In this document: piece by piece, positions 29,310-39,172 of the stretch
How the letters are laid out: the number at the start of each line of letters is the position of its first letter
How positions within the stretch are numbered: the first letter of the stretch is position 1
Assembly: GCA_963764715.1 (NCBI GenBank)
Contig: CAVXTP010000014.1
Span: 96,001-160,000, forward strand
DNA: 64,000 bases
DNA from: an uncultured Acidobacteriota bacterium
GTDB lineage: Bacteria; Acidobacteriota; Thermoanaerobaculia; UBA5066; Gp7-AA6
Direction of reading: 5' to 3'
Translations under genes and position numbers: made by a program
The notes under the pieces: model-generated
What the model was told of the DNA's origin: nothing
Seen by the model: the letters and a program-made list of their open reading frames with translations, nothing else
Database searches by the model: none

Positions 29310-30796
29310 CGGTGGCGCGCTTTGACCGGCTCGGCGTCCTGGCGCTCGCCGCGGCGGGGATCCTCGCGGCGGCCCCGGCGCGGCCCGCCGCAGTGATCAC
29401 GGTCGTCAACAACGACGGTCCGGGCGAGGGATTCAACGACGCGACCGCCGCGACCCCGGTCGGCGGCAACACGGGAACGACCGTCGGGCAGCAGCGCCTG
29501 ATCGTCTTCGAGCGGGCGGCCGCGATCTGGGGCGCTCAGCTCGATTCCCCGGTCGAGATCAAGATCCGGGCGACCTTCGATCCGCTGTCGTGCGACGCCA
29601 ACACCGCGACGCTCGGTCAGACCCGCCCCAACACCGTCGTCGCCGACTCGCCGGGAGTGCCTCTCGCGGGCGTGTGGTACCCCGCGGCCCTGGGGAGCCG
29701 GTTCGCGGGCTCGGATGTCGACCCGACCGGCGAAGACATGGTCGCGCAGTTCAACTCGAATCTCGGCCAGGCCGGCTGCCTCGACGGCGTCGGCTGGTAC
29801 TACGGGCTCGACGACAACCACGGCGACCAGATCGACCTCGTCACGGTGCTGCTCCACGAGTTCGCCCACGGCCTCGGCTTCCTGTCGCTCGTCGACGAGT
29901 CGACCGGGGCCGAGTTCCTGAACACCCCCGACATCTTCGAGTCCTTCATCCTGGACACCGAATCCAACAAGCACTGGATCGACATGACGCCGGCCGAGCG
30001 GGCCGTCTCCGCGATCAATACGGGCAATCTCGCCTGGGACGGCGCCAACGGAGTCTCGTTGGCGCCCGAGTATCTCGGCCCGAGTCCCGTGCTGACGGTC
30101 GACTCGCCCACGTCCCTCGCCGGCGACCGACGGGTCGGAACTGCGACGTTCGGGCCGCCCGTGTCCGAGGAGGCCGTGTCGGGGGTCCTCGTCCAGGCCG
30201 CGGATCCGAATGACGTCGCCGGACCCTCGACGACCGACGCCTGCAGCGCGCTGACCAACGCCGCCCCGATGGCCGGCCACGTCGCGATCGTCGACCGCGG
30301 CACCTGCACGTTCGTCTCGAAGGCCGCCAACGTCCAGGCCGCCGGCGCGATCGCGATGGTCGTGGTCGACAACGTCCCCTCGTCCGCGCCGGCCGGGATG
30401 AGCGGAGACGACGCATCCGTCACGATCCCGTCGGTCCGCCTCACCAAGGCCGACGGCGACCTTCTCAAGGAGAACCTGGCCGCCGGAATCGTCGTCTCGC
30501 TGCGCATCAACCCGCGGAGCCTCGCGGGCACCGGGGCGGGCAAGCGGCCGCTCCTCTACGCGCCCGATCCGGACGAGCCGGGCTCGTCGATCTCCCACTG
30601 GGACACGAGCGTGACGCCGAACCTCCTGATGGAGCCGAACATCAACGGCGACCTCGGGCACGACGTCGACCTCACGCTGCCGGTCCTGCGGGACCTCGGC
30701 TGGACGTCGGACGCGGTGCCGCCCCCCGCGCCGCGGTCGGCGCCCGCGCAAACCCCCGCGGACCATTCGACGCGGGCTCTGGCCGAGCGGCCGTAA
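29306..30796 (+). CDS. Secreted zinc metallopeptidase with PA domain
   Basis: NNDGPGEGFND, HEFAHGLGF, PA motif AIVDRGTCTFVSKA, GSSISHWD. Confidence 0.88.
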   Translation: MTVARFDRLGVLALAAAGILAAAPARPAAVITVVNNDGPGEGFNDATAATPVGGNTGTTVGQQRLIVFERAAAIWGAQLDSPVEIKIRATFDPLSCDANTATLGQTRPNTVVADSPGVPLAGVWYPAALGSRFAGSDVDPTGEDMVAQFNSNLGQAGCLDGVGWYYGLDDNHGDQIDLVTVLLHEFAHGLGFLSLVDESTGAEFLNTPDIFESFILDTESNKHWIDMTPAERAVSAINTGNLAWDGANGVSLAPEYLGPSPVLTVDSPTSLAGDRRVGTATFGPPVSEEAVSGVLVQAADPNDVAGPSTTDACSALTNAAPMAGHVAIVDRGTCTFVSKAANVQAAGAIAMVVVDNVPSSAPAGMSGDDASVTIPSVRLTKADGDLLKENLAAGIVVSLRINPRSLAGTGAGKRPLLYAPDPDEPGSSISHWDTSVTPNLLMEPNINGDLGHDVDLTLPVLRDLGWTSDAVPPPAPRSAPAQTPADHSTRALAERP

Positions 30797-30880
30797 CACG
30801 GCGGTCGCGCTCGGGAGCGCCGGAAGAGGTTCACCTGGAGCTCCGGACCGTGGGGTCGAGCCGGCCCGGGGCGCCCGACG

Positions 30881-31285
30881 TCAGGACGACGCGAGCTTCT
30901 CGATTCCGGCCCACTCCTTGTCGGAGACGGGCATGACCGAGAGACGCGAGATGCGGACCAGCGGGAACTCTCGAAAGGCCGGCGAGGCCTTGATCTCCGC
31001 GAGCGTGACGGGCCGCGCGAGCTTCTTCAGCGGCACGACGTCGACCGCGTACAGCTTTCCGCTCTCGTCCTTCGGATCCGGATAGGCGTCCCCGGCGGCC
31101 TTCGCGGTCCCGACGACGGCCTTCTCGTCTCCCGTGTGGTAGTAGAAGACCCGATCGCCCTTCTTCACCGAACGCAGGTGCTTCTGGGCGAGCGGATTCT
31201 TCACGCCCGTCCAGCTCGTCTTTCCGTCCCGGGCGAAATCATCCCAGGAGTAGTGCGTCGGCTCTTCCTTGAACAAGAAGTTCAT
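30881..31285 (-). CDS. EVE domain protein
   Basis: FLFKEEP..YSWDD, WTGVKN, FYYHTG, PVTLAEIK, RLSVMPV. Confidence 0.92.
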   Translation of the reverse strand: MNFLFKEEPTHYSWDDFARDGKTSWTGVKNPLAQKHLRSVKKGDRVFYYHTGDEKAVVGTAKAAGDAYPDPKDESGKLYAVDVVPLKKLARPVTLAEIKASPAFREFPLVRISRLSVMPVSDKEWAGIEKLASS

Positions 31286-31315
31286 TGCGGTCTCCTTACC
31301 TCTTCGCTCCCGGTC

Positions 31316-31367
31316 GTAGGGGCGGCCCTTGTGGCCGCCCGAGGGCGGGGGCGAGCCCCGCCCCTAC
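31316..31367. repeat. GTAG-type REP doublet (both termini intact: GTAG...CTAC)
   Basis: GTAGGGGCGGCCCTTGTGGCCGCCC-ga-GGGCGGGGGCGAGCCCCGCCCCTAC. Confidence 0.8.
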
Positions 31368-32689
31368 GAACCGGGGCCCGGCCTCGGCCGGTTCCGGTAC
31401 CTTTCGTACAGCCGTTTCTGCCTGTCCGTCAAATCGAGTGCCCTGCCGTCGACGTACGCGGCGACGACGTGCGATCGCAGGTCGAGGACGTCCCCGTCGG
31501 TCAGGATGAACGTCGCGTCCTTGCCGGCCTCGATCGAGCCGACGCGGCCGTCGACGCCGAGCACCCGGGCGGGCTCGAGCGTCAGCGCGGCGACCGCCTT
31601 CTCGCGCGGGAACCCGTACGCGACGGCCGTGGCGGCGAGCTGCGGGTAGTTCCGGACGTTCGACGCGTCCGAGCCACCGTCGTTGAAGATCACGCGCACG
31701 CCGGCCCGGTCGAGCACGGCCGCGTTGGCGAACTGCACGTCGTACGTCTCGTCCTCGCGTTGCGGCAGGTCGAGCGGCGACTCGACGATGACCGGCACGG
31801 CGGCCGAGGCGAGCTCCCCCGCCATCCGCCACGCGTCGGCGCCTCCCCAGACGACGAGCCGAAGCTTCTCCTCGGCGGCCCACTTCACGGCGTCGCGGAT
31901 CTGGGCCAGCCGCTGCGCATGCACGACGACGGGGATCGCGCGGTCGATCGCCGGCAACAGCGCGGCGAGCTTCGGGTCGAAGTCGTGCTTCGGGACCCCG
32001 GCCGTCCCCTCGGCCGCGCGGGCGCGGCCGTAGGCGCGCGCGTCGCGGAAGGCTTTCTTCAGCTTCTCGAGGGCTTCGTCGCGGGCCTTCTCCTGGGCCT
32101 TGACCGACCTGCTCGCGTCGGGCGACCGGTCGATCGCGAGGGAGGGCCACTCGACCGTGATCGCGGCCGGCGCCTTGAGCGTCGCGTCCTCGCGCGTCCA
32201 GCCGTCGAGCTTCATCGCCGCGACGCTGCCGGAGACGATGCCGCCGCCGGGCGTGATCCCGGCGAGCAGCACGCCGCCCGAGCGGGCCACGGGCAGCAGC
32301 TCCGAGTCGAGATTCATGGCCACGTCGGCCCGGGCCGCCGGGTTGATCTCGCCGAGCTCCTCGACGTCGAGCATGGAACGGACCGCCGAGATCTCCTCGA
32401 GGCCCAGGACCGTCAGCGGCGGGAAGAGCGGCGGATAGACGTGCCGGCCGGCGCCGTCGACGACCGGGACGCCCGGTGGCGGAGCGGCGCCCGGCGCGAC
32501 CGACGCGATCTTCCCGTCCCGGACGACGAGGGTGCCGTTGGGAACGTCGGGCCCCGAGACCGGGTGGATCGTCGCGCCGACGATCGCGAAGACGGCCGGC
32601 GGCGGCGGCGCGGTCGGGGGAGCGGGGGTCTGCCCCGCGAGCCGCGCCGCCGACAGCGCGAGCAGGACGGCGAGGATCCGCGGCTTCAT
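31364..32689 (-). CDS. Exported amidohydrolase family protein
   Basis: Signal peptide; GATIHPV, VDGAGRHVYP, GSIEAGKDA; ATGA overlap with the upstream gene. Confidence 0.88.
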   Translation of the reverse strand: MKPRILAVLLALSAARLAGQTPAPPTAPPPPAVFAIVGATIHPVSGPDVPNGTLVVRDGKIASVAPGAAPPPGVPVVDGAGRHVYPPLFPPLTVLGLEEISAVRSMLDVEELGEINPAARADVAMNLDSELLPVARSGGVLLAGITPGGGIVSGSVAAMKLDGWTREDATLKAPAAITVEWPSLAIDRSPDASRSVKAQEKARDEALEKLKKAFRDARAYGRARAAEGTAGVPKHDFDPKLAALLPAIDRAIPVVVHAQRLAQIRDAVKWAAEEKLRLVVWGGADAWRMAGELASAAVPVIVESPLDLPQREDETYDVQFANAAVLDRAGVRVIFNDGGSDASNVRNYPQLAATAVAYGFPREKAVAALTLEPARVLGVDGRVGSIEAGKDATFILTDGDVLDLRSHVVAAYVDGRALDLTDRQKRLYERYRNRPRPGPGS

Positions 32690-35412
32690 CGCGCGCCTCC
32701 CTCTTTCGCGCCCTCGCCGGGCTTGCCCTCGTCCCGGGCGGCCTCGGCCCGGATCTTCGCCTTCGCGACGAGGGCCGCGCGCTCGGCCTCGCGCTGCGGA
32801 CGCGCCGCGAGGTCGGCGGCGCGGTCGAAGTACTTCTTTCCGTCGATCCAGGTCTCGAGCGCCACCGTCGTGGTCGACATCGGATCGCCGCTCCAGACCA
32901 CGAAGTCCCCGTCCTTGCCGGCCTCGAGCGAGCCGACGCGGTCCGCGATGCCGAGCTGCCGGGCGGGATTCGAGGTCACGAACGCGAGGGCGTCGGCGGG
33001 CGGCACCCTTCCGTACTTCACGGCCTTGGCGGCCTCCAGGTTGAGGCGCCGGGCGAGCTCGTCCGAGTCCGAGTTGAAGGAGACGAGCACCCCGCGCTCG
33101 CGCATGAGCGGGAACGCGTACGGGATCGCGTCGAACACCTCGACCTTGTAGGCCCACCAGTCCGAGAAGCCCGACGCCCCGGCCCCGTGGCGGGCGATCT
33201 CGTCGGCGACCTTGTAGCCCTCGAGGGCGTGCTGGAAGGTCCCGACCTTCACGCCGAATTCCTCGGCCGAGCGCATCATCTGCAGGATCTCGTCCTTGCG
33301 GTAGGAGTGGCAGTGGATCGTTCGCTTGCCCTCGAGGATCTCGGCGATCGCCTCGAGCTGCAGGTCCGGGCGGGGCGGGATCGGGCGGGCGCCCTTGACC
33401 GCCGCGGCCTTCCGGTACTCCTCCTGCCGGCGCCGGTAGTCGCGCGCCGCCTGGAACCTTTCCCGGATCGACTCGGCGACGCCCATCCGCGTCGCGGGGT
33501 ACCGCGGCTTCGGGTTCCTCCAGTTGGACTGCTTCGGGTTCTCTCCCAGCGCGAACTTGATGCCCGGCGGCGCGCCGGCGAAGATCAGGTCGTCGGGCCC
33601 GCCGCCCCACCGCCACTTGACGATCTGATTCTGCCCGCCGATCGAGTTGGCCGAGCCGTGCAGCACGTTGGCGACGGTCGTTCCGCCCGCGAGCTCGCGG
33701 TAGATGGCCGGGTCGAGCGGCGAGAGGACGTCGCGGACGCGGACCTCGGCGGTGACGTTGTGGGTCGACTCGTTCGTCTGGTCGTCCATCGCGGAATGCG
33801 AGTGCGCGTCGATGATTCCGGGGGTGACGTGCCTGCCGCGGCCGTCGACCTCGAGCGCGCCGGACGGGGCCGCGAGGCCCTTCCCGACGGCGACGACCCT
33901 TCCGCCGACGACGAGGACGTCGGCGTCCTCGAGAACCCCGGCCGGGCCCTGCGTCCACACGGTCGCGCCGCGCACGACCACGGCCGAAGGCGCCGCCACC
34001 GGCCCCGCCTCGCGCGCCGGGGCCGGCCGCACGTCCGGCGCCGCAGCGACTTTCGGAGCCCCGGGCGCCGCCGGTTTCTTCTCGGGGAGGTCGATTCGCT
34101 CGCCGTCGATCCAGATCTGGGACACCGCGCTGGTCTCTTCGAAGGGAGCCCCCGTGCGCACGACGAGGCTCGCCACCTTGCCCGCCTCGAGGGTTCCGAG
34201 CCGGTCGGCGAGGCCGAGCTGCCGCGCCGGCACGGTCGTGACCGCGGCGAGCGCGTCGTCCGGCGACAGGCCGCGGCCGATGGCCTCGCGCACGCGCTCG
34301 TCGAACGTGCCGATCTCCTCGAGCCCGGCCGTGGTGAACGAGAAGGATAGGCCCGCGTCCCGCAGCCAGCGGGGATCGGACGGCGCGCGGTCGAAGGCGC
34401 GCAGGCGCGTCATCGAGACGTCGAGCCACTCCTCCTCGCGATCGAGCTTGTCGGGCTGCGGGAAGGCGACGCGCAGGACGAGGTCGGGGCGCGCGGCCGC
34501 GACCTCCGACAGCAGGCGGTACTCGTCGCCGGCGGCGACGAACCGGGCCTTGACCTTCATCTCGTTCGCCACGCGGGCCGCCCGCAGGAGCGACAGCACG
34601 TCGGTCGTCTCGAACACGACGGTCTCGCGCCCCTCGGCCGCCGGCACGAGCGCCGCCGTCGCCGCGACGAAGCGGGGCCGCGCATTGCCCGACGGGGACG
34701 CGGCGTACGCCGCCTCGGCGTCCCGCCACCAGAGCGCGTCGAGGAAGGCCTGGCGCGTGACGGCCACGCCACCCATGTTCGACGTCGGGTAGGTGTCGTC
34801 GTCCGGGCCCTTCATCGCGACGATCTGTCCGTTCGAGGGATCGAGGATGCGGCCCGAGAGGGGGCCGTCGGTCAGGCTGACGACGGCTCCCTGCCCGCGC
34901 AGGACTCCGGCCGACGGGACCGCCGCGACGACCCCGAAGCCCTGGCGCCGAAGCTCCTCGGCGACGTCGTCCTTGATCGCGAGCCCGTCGAGCGCGCGCT
35001 CGTCGGCGCGGACGGCCGCCACGGGATGCGCGGCCGGCCCGGTTTCGCGGGGCGCGGACGACGGCGCCGGCTTCGGCGTCTCGTCGTCCTTCGGGCGCTT
35101 CGAGGGCCGGCCCGCGAGACGGTCCGTGGTGACGTACGGGTCGATGAACGCCGCGTGGACCACCTTGCCCGACACGTCGATGACGGCGGCGTCGGCCGGA
35201 ATCGCCGTCGCCGAGGCGGGGCCCACGGCCTCGATGACGCCGCCGCGCACGACGACGACGCCGGCCTCGATCGTCCGGCCGGGGGCGACGATGACGCGGC
35301 CGCCGGTCAGGGCGTAGGCATTGCGGTCCGTGGAGGCGGCGACGGCGCCCCGGGGAAAAACGAGCGACGAGAGAAGCAGGCCGGCGAGAAACCGTCGGGA
35401 ATGTTGGTGCAT
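32686..35412 (-). CDS. Exported two-domain amidohydrolase family protein
   Basis: Two amidohydrolase modules; PGIIDAHSH, KFALGENPK, HCHSY, FQHALE, NSDS, GSLEAGKDGD. Confidence 0.9.
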   Translation of the reverse strand: MHQHSRRFLAGLLLSSLVFPRGAVAASTDRNAYALTGGRVIVAPGRTIEAGVVVVRGGVIEAVGPASATAIPADAAVIDVSGKVVHAAFIDPYVTTDRLAGRPSKRPKDDETPKPAPSSAPRETGPAAHPVAAVRADERALDGLAIKDDVAEELRRQGFGVVAAVPSAGVLRGQGAVVSLTDGPLSGRILDPSNGQIVAMKGPDDDTYPTSNMGGVAVTRQAFLDALWWRDAEAAYAASPSGNARPRFVAATAALVPAAEGRETVVFETTDVLSLLRAARVANEMKVKARFVAAGDEYRLLSEVAAARPDLVLRVAFPQPDKLDREEEWLDVSMTRLRAFDRAPSDPRWLRDAGLSFSFTTAGLEEIGTFDERVREAIGRGLSPDDALAAVTTVPARQLGLADRLGTLEAGKVASLVVRTGAPFEETSAVSQIWIDGERIDLPEKKPAAPGAPKVAAAPDVRPAPAREAGPVAAPSAVVVRGATVWTQGPAGVLEDADVLVVGGRVVAVGKGLAAPSGALEVDGRGRHVTPGIIDAHSHSAMDDQTNESTHNVTAEVRVRDVLSPLDPAIYRELAGGTTVANVLHGSANSIGGQNQIVKWRWGGGPDDLIFAGAPPGIKFALGENPKQSNWRNPKPRYPATRMGVAESIRERFQAARDYRRRQEEYRKAAAVKGARPIPPRPDLQLEAIAEILEGKRTIHCHSYRKDEILQMMRSAEEFGVKVGTFQHALEGYKVADEIARHGAGASGFSDWWAYKVEVFDAIPYAFPLMRERGVLVSFNSDSDELARRLNLEAAKAVKYGRVPPADALAFVTSNPARQLGIADRVGSLEAGKDGDFVVWSGDPMSTTTVALETWIDGKKYFDRAADLAARPQREAERAALVAKAKIRAEAARDEGKPGEGAKEGGAR

Positions 35413-35509
35413 GACGGGGCGGGATTCTATGCGAGAGGGCGCGGGATTCGCGTATGCTTCGCGGCTGCGGCGCCCCCTCGGCGCCCGTCATTTGAGGAGG
35501 AACCAGACG

Positions 35510-36148
35510 ATGATTCGACGCAACCTGATTCTTGGAACGATCGTGGCACTCGCGGCGGCCACGGCCGTCACCGCCCAGGATCGCAAGCCCCTTTCCCCGG
35601 CGGGCACGGCGAGCGCGATGGTCGGGGGCACCTGGAGCGCGCCCGACAAGGACGGCAACAGCAAGTACGACGGCGGGAAGTGGCTCGAGGTGACCTACAG
35701 CCGGCCGATGCTTCGCGGCCGCACGGACATCTTCGGCAAGGGCGCCGACTACGGCAAGAAGGTCTCCGACAACGAGAAGGTCTGGCGCACCGGCGCGAAC
35801 GCGACGACGAAGCTGAAGACCGAGGCTCCGCTGATGATCGGCGGCAAGCGGATCGAGCCCGGATCCTACGACGTCTTCGTCGAGCTCAAGGAGCCGGCGT
35901 GGACCCTGATCCTCTCGACGCAGCCGACGCAGGACAAGTACGACCCGAACGACAAGACGAAGATCTGGGGCGCCTACGGCTACGACCCCAAGTTCGACGT
36001 CGTGCGCGTGCCGATGACGATGCTCCAGCCCAAGGCCTCGATCGACCAGTTCACGATCGCTTTCGTCGACATGACGAACGACGGCGGCAAGCTCGCCATG
36101 GCCTGGGAGAAGACCGCGGGCGTCGTTCCCTTCACCGTCGCCAAGTAG
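35510..36148 (+). CDS. DUF2911 domain protein, exported
   Basis: GAGGAGG RBS; LSP, VTYSRP..RGR.IFG, VWRTGAN, WGAYGYD. Confidence 0.85.
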   Translation: MIRRNLILGTIVALAAATAVTAQDRKPLSPAGTASAMVGGTWSAPDKDGNSKYDGGKWLEVTYSRPMLRGRTDIFGKGADYGKKVSDNEKVWRTGANATTKLKTEAPLMIGGKRIEPGSYDVFVELKEPAWTLILSTQPTQDKYDPNDKTKIWGAYGYDPKFDVVRVPMTMLQPKASIDQFTIAFVDMTNDGGKLAMAWEKTAGVVPFTVAK

Positions 36149-36161
36149 GTCTCTGCACGCC

Positions 36162-38144
36162 GTGAACAGAGTCGGGGCGGCCCTTGCGGCCGCCCTCGTT
36201 TTGACGGGCGCCGCCTCCGGGGAGGACCGCGCCATCCCCTTCTGGCCGAACGCGGTGCCCGAGGCCATCCACGCGGAGGTCGACGGCGTCGCGACGCTCG
36301 AGACGGTCCGCCAGCTCGCGCAGTTCCACCGGGTCCAGGGCTCGCCGGGCTTTGCGGCCGCGGCCGAGCTCATGAAGCGCAAGGCGATCGCGGCGGGACT
36401 CGCGGACGCCTCGATCGAGCGGTTTCCGGCGGACGGGAAGACGAAGTACGCGCACTTTCTCTCGCACGTCGGGTGGGACCCGGTGTCGGGCCTCCTCGAG
36501 GAGGTCGCGCCGACCCCGCGCATCGTCGCCTCCTTTCCGGACCTGCCGGTCGCGCTCGCCGATTACAGCCAGGACGCCGACGTCACGGCCGAGCTCGTCG
36601 ACGCGGGCGCCGGCACCGACGCGTCCGACTACGCGGGCCGCGACGTGCGCGGCAAGATCGTCCTCGCCGACGGGACGCTTCCGGTCGTGCACCGTCTCGC
36701 CTGCGAGGAGCGGGGAGCGGCGGGCTTTCTCTCGGCGTACCCGAACCAGAAGACCCCCTGGTCCGGCGACGACCGCGACCTGATCCGCTGGGGCCACCTC
36801 TCGCCCTATCAGGTCCAGAACCGATTCGCCTTCATGGTCTCGAAGCGGCAGGCCGAGGACTACCGGGCGCGCCTTGCGGCCGGCGAGAAAATCGTCCTGC
36901 GCGCGCGCGTGAAGGCGAAGATGGTCCCGGCGAGCTACGACGTCGTCGTGGCGACCCTCCCCGGCACCGACCCCTCGGCGGGCGAGATCGTCGTGACGGC
37001 GCACCTCTGCCACCAGTCGGCGGGCGCCAACGACAACGCCTCCGGCAGCGCGGCGATCCTCGAGGTCGGCCGATCTCTCGCCGCGGCGGTCCGCCGCGGA
37101 ACGCTGCCGCGGCCGAAGCGGACGATCCGGTTCCTCTGGCTTCCCGAGATCACCGGCTCGCAGGCGTACCTCGTGCGCCACCCCGAGCTCGTCAAGGCCT
37201 TCGTCGCCGGAGTCCACATGGACATGGTCGGCGGCGTGCTCTGGACGACGAAGGGCACATTCCACCTCTCGCGCACGGCCGAGACCCTGCCCCACGTCGT
37301 CAACGCCGTCGCCGAAGCCTGGTTCGACCAGGTCGTCGCCGCGTCCCGGAGCTACGCCGAGGGCCGGGAAGCGAGTGCGTACGCCGGCTTCGTCTGGCCG
37401 CCCGGGTCGCGCGAGAGCTTCCTCGGCGACGTCCGGGCGATCGAGATGGGCAGCGACCACGAGGTCTTCGAGGCCGCGGGATTCCGCGTGCCGATGGTCT
37501 ACTTCCACGACTACCCCGACGTCACGATCCACACGCAGAAGGACCTGCCCGAAAACCTCGACGCGACGAAGCTCGGCCGCGTGGCCTACATCGGGGCCGG
37601 CACGGTCTGGACGCTCGCGGCGTTGCCCGACACCGAGGCCCCGCGCCTGCTCGCCGTCGCGCGCGCGTCGGTCGAGCGGCAGGTGCTGGCGCGCGGGGCC
37701 GCCCCGGGACCCGACCCCGCGCTCGCCGCGCGCGAGGCCATCGCGTCCGGCATCGGCACGCTCGAATCGCTCGCGCGCCTCTGCCCGTCGGTCGCCCCCG
37801 ACGTCGCGAAGGACGTCGAGCACCTGCGGGCCGCGATGCCGCCCGCGCCTCCCGCCTCCGACCGCCGGCGGCCGCTGAAGAACCCGGAGATCCGCGGGCC
37901 GCTCAACGTCTACTACTACGATTACTTCGCCGACATCCCGGGCGCCAACCTGACCGGGATCGCGCTCGCGGCGCGGCCGGACGGCGAGGTCCTCGCCTAC
38001 GAGGCCATCAATCTCGCCGACGGCACGCGTTCGGTGTCGGAGATCCGCGACGTCCTTTCGGCCCGTTACTCCCCCGTCGAGACCGCGGCGGTCGCCGAGT
38101 ACTTCGACCGCCTGGCGAAGGCCGGCGTCGTCACCTACCGGTGA
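36162..38144 (+). CDS. M28-family peptidase with PA domain (DUF4910-like)
   Basis: HRVQGSPG, AHLCH..GANDNASGSA, WLPEITGS, MDMVG, GSDH. Confidence 0.85.
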   Translation: MNRVGAALAAALVLTGAASGEDRAIPFWPNAVPEAIHAEVDGVATLETVRQLAQFHRVQGSPGFAAAAELMKRKAIAAGLADASIERFPADGKTKYAHFLSHVGWDPVSGLLEEVAPTPRIVASFPDLPVALADYSQDADVTAELVDAGAGTDASDYAGRDVRGKIVLADGTLPVVHRLACEERGAAGFLSAYPNQKTPWSGDDRDLIRWGHLSPYQVQNRFAFMVSKRQAEDYRARLAAGEKIVLRARVKAKMVPASYDVVVATLPGTDPSAGEIVVTAHLCHQSAGANDNASGSAAILEVGRSLAAAVRRGTLPRPKRTIRFLWLPEITGSQAYLVRHPELVKAFVAGVHMDMVGGVLWTTKGTFHLSRTAETLPHVVNAVAEAWFDQVVAASRSYAEGREASAYAGFVWPPGSRESFLGDVRAIEMGSDHEVFEAAGFRVPMVYFHDYPDVTIHTQKDLPENLDATKLGRVAYIGAGTVWTLAALPDTEAPRLLAVARASVERQVLARGAAPGPDPALAAREAIASGIGTLESLARLCPSVAPDVAKDVEHLRAAMPPAPPASDRRRPLKNPEIRGPLNVYYYDYFADIPGANLTGIALAARPDGEVLAYEAINLADGTRSVSEIRDVLSARYSPVETAAVAEYFDRLAKAGVVTYR

Positions 38145-39172
38145 AGATCGCGCAGATCGCGTCGATCCGGTTCCCCGTCCCCCCGCGTTCCCATGGCGGG
38201 ACCGAGCTCGCGATCGACCTTCTGACCCGGGGACTCCTCGCGCGCGGGCACCAGGTCACGCTCTTCGCCTCCGGCGATTCGACGGCGCCGGCGACCCTGC
38301 ACGCGGTCGTCGCGCGGGCGGCGACCGAGGACCCGGCCTCGACGAGCTACCTCGAGAACGAGCACGAGGCGCGTAACGCCGCCGAGGCCTACCGCGCCGC
38401 CGACCGGTTCGACGTGCTCCACTCCCACTGGCCGACGCCGGCGGCCTACTTCTCGGACCGGACCGCGCGCCCGAGCGTCATGACGTACGCCTACATGGAG
38501 AAGCCCCTTCACGACTATTACCGGGCGAATTACCCCGGCCTCCAGGGCGTCTGCATCAGCGAGGCGCAGAACCGGATGCTCGGCGGCGGCCTGCCGGTCA
38601 TTCCCTACGGCGTCGACGTCGATCGGATCCCCTTCGGCGCCGCGCCGGAAGAGTTCCTGCTGACCGTCGGCCGGCTCGTGCCGCACAAGGGAGCCGACCG
38701 GGCGATCGCGATCGCGCGCGCCGCGGGGCTTCCGCTCGTCATCGTGGGCGCCGTGACGCCTTACCTCGCGGAAAGCGAGCCTTTCGCCCGCGAGCGCGTC
38801 CTCCCGCACGTCGACGGCCGGAGGGTCGTCCACCACGAACAGCTCCCCAACGCCGAGGTGCTGTCCCTCATGGCCCGCGCGAAGGCCTTCCTCTTCCCGA
38901 TTTCCTGGGAGGAGCCGTTCGGCCTCGTCGTGGCCGAGGCGATGGCCGCCGGCACTCCCGTCGTCGCGACCCCGGCCGGCTCGTTGCCCGAGCTCGTCGA
39001 GCACGGCGTCACCGGTTTCCTCGGCCGGACGGACGAGGAGCTGGCCGCCTTCGTCCGCGAGGTCGGCCGCATCGACCGCGCGGCCTGCCGCCGCCGGGCC
39101 GAAGAGCGTTACAGTGCCGGACGCATGGCCGCCGACTACGAGGCGCTTTACCGAAGGCTCGGGGCGCGATGA
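38141..39172 (+). CDS. GT4 glycosyltransferase
   Basis: VPPRSHGGTE, LFASGDS, GRLVPHKG, WEEPFGLVVAEAMAAGTPV. Confidence 0.92.
   Translation: MKIAQIASIRFPVPPRSHGGTELAIDLLTRGLLARGHQVTLFASGDSTAPATLHAVVARAATEDPASTSYLENEHEARNAAEAYRAADRFDVLHSHWPTPAAYFSDRTARPSVMTYAYMEKPLHDYYRANYPGLQGVCISEAQNRMLGGGLPVIPYGVDVDRIPFGAAPEEFLLTVGRLVPHKGADRAIAIARAAGLPLVIVGAVTPYLAESEPFARERVLPHVDGRRVVHHEQLPNAEVLSLMARAKAFLFPISWEEPFGLVVAEAMAAGTPVVATPAGSLPELVEHGVTGFLGRTDEELAAFVREVGRIDRAACRRRAEERYSAGRMAADYEALYRRLGAR

Noticed and set aside
31364-36523. Very long ORFs such as 1719 aa here, 49923-53939 and 56445-59180
   Set aside because: These are stop-poor shadow frames of GC-rich genes with Arg/Pro/Gly-rich translations; only the 3' part 31364-32689 is a real gene.
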